Positions 58,008-64,000 of a DNA stretch of 64,000 nucleotides are shown here, piece after piece. The notes under the pieces were generated by a model. It saw only the letters and a program-made list of their open reading frames with translations, had not been told where the DNA came from and made no database searches. Position 1 is the stretch's first letter. Every line of letters starts with the position of its first letter. A program made the translations under genes and the position numbers. The DNA is taken from the IMG/VR virus record IMGVR_UViG_3300011531_000019, positions 3,421 through 67,420 of that record. One strand, given 5' to 3'. Source of the DNA: a virus (taxonomy: Duplodnaviria > Caudoviricetes).

Positions 58008-60530
58008 TTATGCAACAGCAGATAATGAAACCGATGTATCAAGCTGATCGACCAATTCGCAGATTTGCGATTGTTCATAGCTCAGGACCGGTCGTTGCTT
58101 AACCACACTTACTACAAGTGGTTTAATCAGCATATTGGCCGTTGCTCGGTCTTGCTCTTTTGCGGCGAAGATAACCTCCAGGGTTTTTTGGTCAATTACT
58201 GTTGCCAGATTCGCGTTCAGGTTTTCAAGTTCGTGTTCTGTAAGCATGAAACTTGTTGCAAGCCATGTAACCTGTTCCTGGATGAGAGCCAGCACTTTTA
58301 CTCGGTCGTCTTCAACCAGTGCACCCGCTATTTTTTTGGAAATAGCTGTGGCAATCATACCGCCTAACAAGCCACCAGCTGCGCGTCCTGCTAAAGCACC
58401 GAAAGGACCTAATGGACTAAGCATCATTCCGCCAGCAATAGAACCAATTGCACCCCCAGCCACACCAGATGAAGTAACTGCCAGATTTTTTATAAACTGT
58501 GCCCCAGAAATACGACCTCGCACCATTTTGATCATATCCGGACCAGTGGTCACGGCGACCAGTGCGAAAGAGGTAACCAGTGTGCCACGCATCATCTTGT
58601 TAAGGGAGTTGAGATTGTTAGCTCCGACTCCCTGTTGAAGCGCATTACGAACTGTCGGGCTGGCAGCGGCAAAATCAATATTTTTAAGTAACCCCTGAAC
58701 GGCACTGATACGGTGTAATTGCTGTACCGTCACATAAACTGTCAGTGTGCGGGTAAATGTTTTACCTGCCTGTATTGCTGCCGTTTGCAACGCAGCCTTA
58801 CGATCGCCGGTATTGAGGTAGAAAATAGAAGCTGTCAGACCGAAGCTGATACCTCCAGCTGCGAGGCTGATGATAGATCCTTCCGCAATGTCGTAAGTGA
58901 TAGATTCGAACGTGCCAAACTTAGTAATGTTTTGTGCCTGGCTATAAGTCAGGTGTCCCTGACGTACAAGTTTTGTGGCTTCTGCAGGATCGGTAACGCC
59001 GGGGACTTTGCCATCGCGAATTTTGTTCTCCATCGTTTCAAGCGCTTTCGAATACTGGTCTTTCGGAACCTCTAACTGCATTGGGGTTCCGTTACTGTCA
59101 TAATAGCGATAATTACCGTTTTGTCCGTCAAAACCAGCACCGACGCTACGTGCAGCGGTTGCACAGTATTTGGTCTGAATCTCTGAACCGTTAACCAGCC
59201 TGTCTGCACCATTTTTCGCATTATCATCACCGAGAATATGTGCATCTTTTAGTTGGATTTTGTCAGTAAGATGATTTCCCCGTTCGGCTGCAAAACCATG
59301 TCCTTGTCCTCCCACTGCAAACATTTTTTCGTTAGTATTCCAGGCCTCCGGGAGTGTCATGAGGATCAGACCGTTTGTTGCTGCACTGGAAATAAATTCA
59401 GCCTGTGGTCGCTTGTGAATTTCAATGCAGAGTTTTTCCGTTTCCCGGCAAATATCAGAGCAATACCATTCCTGGCTCCCACCACCGCCCTGGTGTTTTG
59501 CGTTTTTAATCTCGCTCAAACCGCATGAAGTGCAGGTACAAAGCTCGTCGACATAGTGAAACGAGACAAATTTTCGACCATCCGAAAAAGAATAATAGTT
59601 CCCACCATCAAGATAACGGTTCAGGAGATCATCATTCGCAGCAGAGGGTAAATTCAGCCTATTACCAAAAAGGCTTCTTAGCTCATCTGATGAGTGTACT
59701 ATTTTACTGTTTAACTGCTCATTAAATTCAGCCATCTTTCTTTCATACCAGGCATCATTTAAAAGCCAGTTTTCACCAGCCAGATCCTGCTCTCGAGTAT
59801 CGCCCTGAAAAATATGCTGTGAGACCAACTTGAGATAGATAGTCTCTACGAATTCTGCTGAGAGGTTACTTCCTTCTTTTAGTTCCGTCAGCCAAAGTTT
59901 GTTATTGATCGCTTTTTGCTCATTTAACCCTGTATTGATGGCATTAGTTAACTTCTTGAGTTCCTGAATTTGGTTTGCCGCATAGAACTGTGTCAGTAAG
60001 GCTGCTATCCAGTATAGCAATCCTGTCCACCACATCAGTGAAGATGATATATTATATTGCCAGGCTATAAACGGTGTAGCCGCAGAGCAGGCCATCAAAA
60101 AGTAAGACGCATAAAAACAGCAATAATACTCTTTAAGTTTGGCATTGATATCGGCTGGTATAAGCCCGTTTTGTAGAATAGCCTTGGTTTGTACAGGTAC
60201 TGCAAGCAGGCCACTGGCAAATGCAGCGGTTAAAATAAACTTCATTGAATCAAATGAATAAGCTTCGTAGGCAATATGTTTACCATCAAGTCCCCACATA
60301 AAGCTAATCACCATTCCTGCTATGGCAAGAGGTACACCCAGCAGCCAACGTGAGTGAAGCGCATAGGTTACGCGCTCTACAATATAGCCCGCCAATAAAG
60401 GTGGGCCTGCAACAATCAATGCACCCAATCCTAATATCACACCTAGAATATTGAGAGATGCCTTAAACAACGCTTTTATAATAACAAAACCGATTACCAG
60501 TAAAATTAACGCACCAATTATCTGTAGCAT
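58008..60530 (-). CDS. yeeR: Long YeeR-family inner membrane protein (TM region, Cys cluster, D..QxK domain, Gly-rich helices)
   Basis: N-terminal ~500 aa closely match E. coli K-12 YeeR as recalled (MLQI.GALILL, SFMWGLDGKHIA, GGQGHGFAAERGNH, EIQTKYC). Confidence 0.75.
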   Translation of the reverse strand: MLQIIGALILLVIGFVIIKALFKASLNILGVILGLGALIVAGPPLLAGYIVERVTYALHSRWLLGVPLAIAGMVISFMWGLDGKHIAYEAYSFDSMKFILTAAFASGLLAVPVQTKAILQNGLIPADINAKLKEYYCCFYASYFLMACSAATPFIAWQYNISSSLMWWTGLLYWIAALLTQFYAANQIQELKKLTNAINTGLNEQKAINNKLWLTELKEGSNLSAEFVETIYLKLVSQHIFQGDTREQDLAGENWLLNDAWYERKMAEFNEQLNSKIVHSSDELRSLFGNRLNLPSAANDDLLNRYLDGGNYYSFSDGRKFVSFHYVDELCTCTSCGLSEIKNAKHQGGGGSQEWYCSDICRETEKLCIEIHKRPQAEFISSAATNGLILMTLPEAWNTNEKMFAVGGQGHGFAAERGNHLTDKIQLKDAHILGDDNAKNGADRLVNGSEIQTKYCATAARSVGAGFDGQNGNYRYYDSNGTPMQLEVPKDQYSKALETMENKIRDGKVPGVTDPAEATKLVRQGHLTYSQAQNITKFGTFESITYDIAEGSIISLAAGGISFGLTASIFYLNTGDRKAALQTAAIQAGKTFTRTLTVYVTVQQLHRISAVQGLLKNIDFAAASPTVRNALQQGVGANNLNSLNKMMRGTLVTSFALVAVTTGPDMIKMVRGRISGAQFIKNLAVTSSGVAGGAIGSIAGGMMLSPLGPFGALAGRAAGGLLGGMIATAISKKIAGALVEDDRVKVLALIQEQVTWLATSFMLTEHELENLNANLATVIDQKTLEVIFAAKEQDRATANMLIKPLVVSVVKQRPVLSYEQSQICELVDQLDTSVSLSAVA

Positions 60531-60566
60531 TGTGGTTTTATCCTTGCTGTAATTTTTATTCGAGTG

Positions 60567-62012
60567 CTACGCCATCATAAATGTGTCAAGATCATCCGCA
60601 TTTTTGATTATCTTCACCTCTTCAACACCGTGGGCCTGGGCAAGCGTGATGCTTGCTTCCAGCAACCGGCGATTGTTTTCCACGCTAAATGCAGCTGCGG
60701 TAAGCTCACCCAGCGCCGCGAACTCGTTCAAAATTCGGTTGAGTGCTTTCTGCTCAATCTCACTTAAGCGACATGTAAATTGCTCCATTTTTTTCGCCAG
60801 CAATTGGCGTGCTTTACTGTCCAGATTTTTAGCTACGGTAACCATAAACTTCCCTGAGATAGAACCAACCAATGCCCCCAAAACAGGCACAGGGATGATT
60901 GCCTGACCTGCGACAGACATTGCGCCAACGATGGCCGATTCCGCGCAGATGATAAGGCCAAGATCGGTAAATTCATCAGCATTAATCTCACCGCGCTGAT
61001 AGGAGAGAGCAAGATTGCTTACACCTTTAGCGGCAGTGACCAGCGCGCTGGCGAACGGTGCTCCCAGAGAGGCATAATTGGTCAGGGTATAAATTGCTCC
61101 GGCGGATACACCGCCAATAGCGGCACCTTTCAATGTATCTAAGCCGACATCCTGCCAGTCCTGTCTGTTGAAATCTCCACGAAATATATTTTTACCATCA
61201 CGGTATTTGCTATATATACCTGTTACAAGAGCAAAGGTTCCACCGAAAGCGGCTCCCATTGCGGTTGCACGCATGCCTTCACTTAGGGAGGGTTGGTGAT
61301 TGTCAATAATTTCTGCTTTTTTTGCCTCGTTCTGTTCCGCTAATTCCTGATCATGTTTATCAAGCGTTTCGTCAATTTTTCCCCACTGAACATCTTTGTA
61401 ATCAGAAACTCCAGAACGCACGATATCATTAAAGGATCTTCCCGTTGTACTTTCAATTTCTGCAACTTTATCCCTGATAGCCTGTATTGTTTTTTCGCTC
61501 AAGCCCTCCACCGGCTTCCCATCAATAACATTCTGAATCGTTTGCCAGGAGTCTTTGGGGATATGGTAAAAGGATTCTCCCTGGGTAAAATTGGGATAGG
61601 TTTCCATGTGCTGAAGGACATGGTTCAGGTTATTATTAACTCCGTTGATAAACTTTGACTGCACGTCAACGCCATCTATCATATAATCCGCCGGAGCGGT
61701 TCGACCCACTCCGTCAAACGTGGCGCTAAGATCAGAGGCATCCTGAACCCTTTCTTCTATTGCCTGGCGAGCATTGCGCACGCCAACTTCTACCTGCTCA
61801 GCAATTTCACCGTGTTTGGTGCTCATTGAGCCCAGGATGTTACCCGGTGACGCGATGAAATCACGCACCTTTTGCATTTGTTCGCCAGCCAACTCAAATG
61901 CACGCTCCTGCTGCGATAGTTTTAACAGTTCACTATCAATGCGGGTCTGATTAATGGCGTTAACCGCGCTGCCGATAAGCTGGTCGCCAACTGTATTATG
62001 GTTAATGCTCAT
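60567..62012 (-). CDS. Hypothetical protein: coiled coil, D..QxK nuclease-like domain, glycine-zipper helices
   Basis: HGEIAE..PADYMIDGVDVQSKF; GAAFGGTFALVTG, GAAIGGVSAG, GALVGSISG. Confidence 0.75.
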   Translation of the reverse strand: MSINHNTVGDQLIGSAVNAINQTRIDSELLKLSQQERAFELAGEQMQKVRDFIASPGNILGSMSTKHGEIAEQVEVGVRNARQAIEERVQDASDLSATFDGVGRTAPADYMIDGVDVQSKFINGVNNNLNHVLQHMETYPNFTQGESFYHIPKDSWQTIQNVIDGKPVEGLSEKTIQAIRDKVAEIESTTGRSFNDIVRSGVSDYKDVQWGKIDETLDKHDQELAEQNEAKKAEIIDNHQPSLSEGMRATAMGAAFGGTFALVTGIYSKYRDGKNIFRGDFNRQDWQDVGLDTLKGAAIGGVSAGAIYTLTNYASLGAPFASALVTAAKGVSNLALSYQRGEINADEFTDLGLIICAESAIVGAMSVAGQAIIPVPVLGALVGSISGKFMVTVAKNLDSKARQLLAKKMEQFTCRLSEIEQKALNRILNEFAALGELTAAAFSVENNRRLLEASITLAQAHGVEEVKIIKNADDLDTFMMA

Positions 62013-62857
62013 TACTGGATTTTCTTGTTGATCAGTTTTGATAATGCATTGATATGGTTAATCAATGCCCCTAATTGATCTTTCTGATGGGTATTAAACT
62101 GGCAATAGTCTTGAGGCGCAGCCTTTTCCAGCACATCAATAATGCTTTCAGTACCATGATAGTGCTCGGATGTGAGCATCTTGAGTTCTTGCGCACCACG
62201 TTCCATCACGCGAAGTTCGCTGGTTTTTGCGCGAACCTGGCGCTCTTCCTGTTGTGCCTCATCAATGATTTTACCGTTTTTGCGACGGGCTAGTAGGGTT
62301 CCGCCAGCGATGCCTACAGCACCAATTCCCCAGCCTATTGGACCCGCCAGAGCCAGTAGTGCGCTTCCTGCTGACATGCCACCGCCACCCGCAGCCAGTG
62401 CGCCGCCGCCGAGCCATGCCAGGGCTGCATTTGTTGCGGCAGCTCCGCTTAACGTAGCAATAGCGGTACCCGTGGATGCTGTACCAAAAGTTGTTGCGAC
62501 CGCCAGCGCAGCCGTAGGGGCAAATGCGGCGACCCCCGCCCCAACGGCAACCCCCGCAGCAGCCGTTCCTTTACCAATATGTGATGCGCGGTATTCTTCT
62601 TCCAGTTTTTCCACCACGTTATCAAATTCAGCGATTTCCGCTTTCAATTCGCTCCAGGATTTATCAAACTCTTTCGGTGTATTCGCCAGTCGATTAACAA
62701 AATTTTCACCACGGGCAATCAGATCCTTACTGCATTTCTGGCGTAACAGAAAGAGGGCAGTGATCTCATCCTGGGTGTCTTTAGCCTGTACTTCATAACG
62801 GTTAGTTGCACTTTTGAGACTGGCTAATGCTTCTTTTCTTTCTGAACCACGTAACAT
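62012..62857 (-). CDS. Hypothetical protein: coiled coils around a long Ala/Gly hydrophobic hairpin
   Basis: GTASTGTAIATLSGAAATNAALAWLGGGALAAGGGGMSAG; TAATG stop/start overlap with the next gene. Confidence 0.8.
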   Translation of the reverse strand: MLRGSERKEALASLKSATNRYEVQAKDTQDEITALFLLRQKCSKDLIARGENFVNRLANTPKEFDKSWSELKAEIAEFDNVVEKLEEEYRASHIGKGTAAAGVAVGAGVAAFAPTAALAVATTFGTASTGTAIATLSGAAATNAALAWLGGGALAAGGGGMSAGSALLALAGPIGWGIGAVGIAGGTLLARRKNGKIIDEAQQEERQVRAKTSELRVMERGAQELKMLTSEHYHGTESIIDVLEKAAPQDYCQFNTHQKDQLGALINHINALSKLINKKIQ

Positions 62858-62891
62858 TTTTTACTCCTGCTGTATGTTGTCAAAAATAATT

Positions 62892-63770
62892 TCACTGCAA
62901 TGGGTTTTTCATTTCTATTATCTGCTGGTTGAGCTTCTGATAAAAACGTTGTTGTAGACTAATCGGGGAAATAATAGTGAGGTTTGGTAACCAATAACGT
63001 AATAATGGAAATAGCTGGTTTTCGTGTGCCATTTTGGTTTGCACGATCAAGTCGCCATTAGGTTCCTGACGAATTAACTTTTGGGCAGGCAGAACATTTC
63101 GACGTTTAAAAAAATGGCTTACGTCGGCTGAAATTTTAAGGAGTACAATCTGCTTATCCAAAGAAAACCAGACATCATCTTCTTCAGCAAAGTATTGTGT
63201 GATATGGGGTTGTGGTGTGAAGTGCTCTGATTTAAATTTCAGCCAATGAATTTTGGTGAGCTGGAATCCTTTAACCTTTTCATTCTCTACCGCACCGAGA
63301 TACCAGACGCTCTTTATGTTAATAAGCTTATAAGGCGCGACGGTCCGATGTTTCCCTTTATAATGAAATTCACAAAGGCTATTTTCACGAATCGCTTTAT
63401 CGAACACACTATAGTTATTCTCAAGTACGCGTTTCGCTTCTGGATCTCCGGGCAGCGATCTGATGATCAGTGAAGTCATGTCAGGCTGGGAGAAGATTTT
63501 TTTTACAGGGAATAACTCTGCCATCCCCAGGGCATTGATGAGATTTTGTTGTTCTTTTAGAGCCTGAGGTTTAGCGTAAGCGGGAGCCAGCCTGTAAATA
63601 CCATCACCATCGGGGACGATTCTGTCGCCCAGACGATTAAGATCACGATACAAAGTACGCTCACTGATGTTGAATTCGTCCATCATCTTCTTACGTGATA
63701 CAAAACCGTACTGGTAAAGTTCTGCAATAATAGCGGTTATTCTTTGTACCATTACCTCATGCCCGCTCAT
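62892..63770 (-). CDS. HTH-WYL-WCX transcriptional regulator
   Basis: EFNISERTLYRDL; VAPYKL.....WYLGA; RGFQL.KI-like and W.PNL.IISP C-terminal motifs; AAGGAG RBS. Confidence 0.9.
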   Translation of the reverse strand: MSGHEVMVQRITAIIAELYQYGFVSRKKMMDEFNISERTLYRDLNRLGDRIVPDGDGIYRLAPAYAKPQALKEQQNLINALGMAELFPVKKIFSQPDMTSLIIRSLPGDPEAKRVLENNYSVFDKAIRENSLCEFHYKGKHRTVAPYKLINIKSVWYLGAVENEKVKGFQLTKIHWLKFKSEHFTPQPHITQYFAEEDDVWFSLDKQIVLLKISADVSHFFKRRNVLPAQKLIRQEPNGDLIVQTKMAHENQLFPLLRYWLPNLTIISPISLQQRFYQKLNQQIIEMKNPLQ

Positions 63771-63803
63771 GCGCGTTCTCCTTGTAATTTTTCCTTGAGA
63801 TTA

Positions 63804-63840
63804 CCAGTCGCTACTGACAGGGCATGTCAGTAGCGACTGG
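63804..63840. promoter_or_regulatory. Perfect 16-bp inverted repeat, candidate WYL operator
   Basis: ccagtcgctactgaca-gggca-tgtcagtagcgactgg, 34-70 bp upstream of the WYL start. Confidence 0.65.
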
Positions 63841-63924
63841 GGGATCATGTTTTCATATCGGCAAATTTCTCACATAACTTAAGGAGATTAAGTCGAAAAG
63901 TCAGTTAATGGCTTTTGCGGTCAA

Positions 63925-64000
63925 TGAATCGCCACGGGTTTAACAGACACCTCAGAGTCATTTAAGATGGCTTAAAGAGAGGTGCCCATGAGCGGTAAGC
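63925..64000 (+). mobile_element. Left end of an IS3-family insertion sequence (ISEhe3-like), orfA start at 63988
   Basis: TG-terminal tgaatcgccacggg...agaggtgcccATGAGCGGTAAG (MSGK..), recalled IS3-family left end; only 76 bp visible. Confidence 0.65.

Noticed and set aside
57821-58102. 93-aa ORF after arsC
   Set aside because: Spans the terminator and overlaps the yeeR end antisense; no motif
60567-62857. Dynamin-like LeoABC/Eleos system
   Set aside because: No GTPase G1/G3/G4 motifs in any gene of this operon; only the hydrophobic-hairpin layout is similar

Overview
Enterobacterial chromosome segment made entirely of mobile DNA stacked at the 3' end of a tRNA-Thr(CGU) (thrW-type) gene; the intact tRNA is not in the window and presumably lies upstream. 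(1) 1-~19.9 kb: head, contractile-tail, baseplate and fibre genes of a myovirus-type prophage, with two antisense moron genes, ending at a displaced tRNA 3' half (19878-19923). (2) ~19.9-46.6 kb: a 26.6-kb integrative island. It has a tyrosine integrase, AlpA-like and DUF3987 genes at the right end and a CP4-type GTPase/WYL/klcA/radC/yafW-ykfI module at the left end. Between them is defence cargo: an ABC-three-component/Lamassu-like nuclease-MC-SMC operon, an EcoR124-family type IC R-M system with twin TRDs, a DprA+PRTase (ShosTA-like) pair and a Zn-finger/HNH-like gene. (3) From 46.6 kb: a P4-type integrase island with an AT-rich operon (compact N6-MTase, AAA+ ATPase with Zn ribbon, HEPN protein). 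Its right end is a truncated SDR gene fused to a 49-bp copy of the island's att arm. This is followed by arsRDABC, a WYL-led four-gene operon of membrane proteins (including a long YeeR homologue, two of them sharing a nuclease-like D..QxK domain), and the start of an IS3-family element. The best candidates for undescribed systems are 48175-52139 and 58008-63840. All family assignments come from motif reading and memory; no searches were run.
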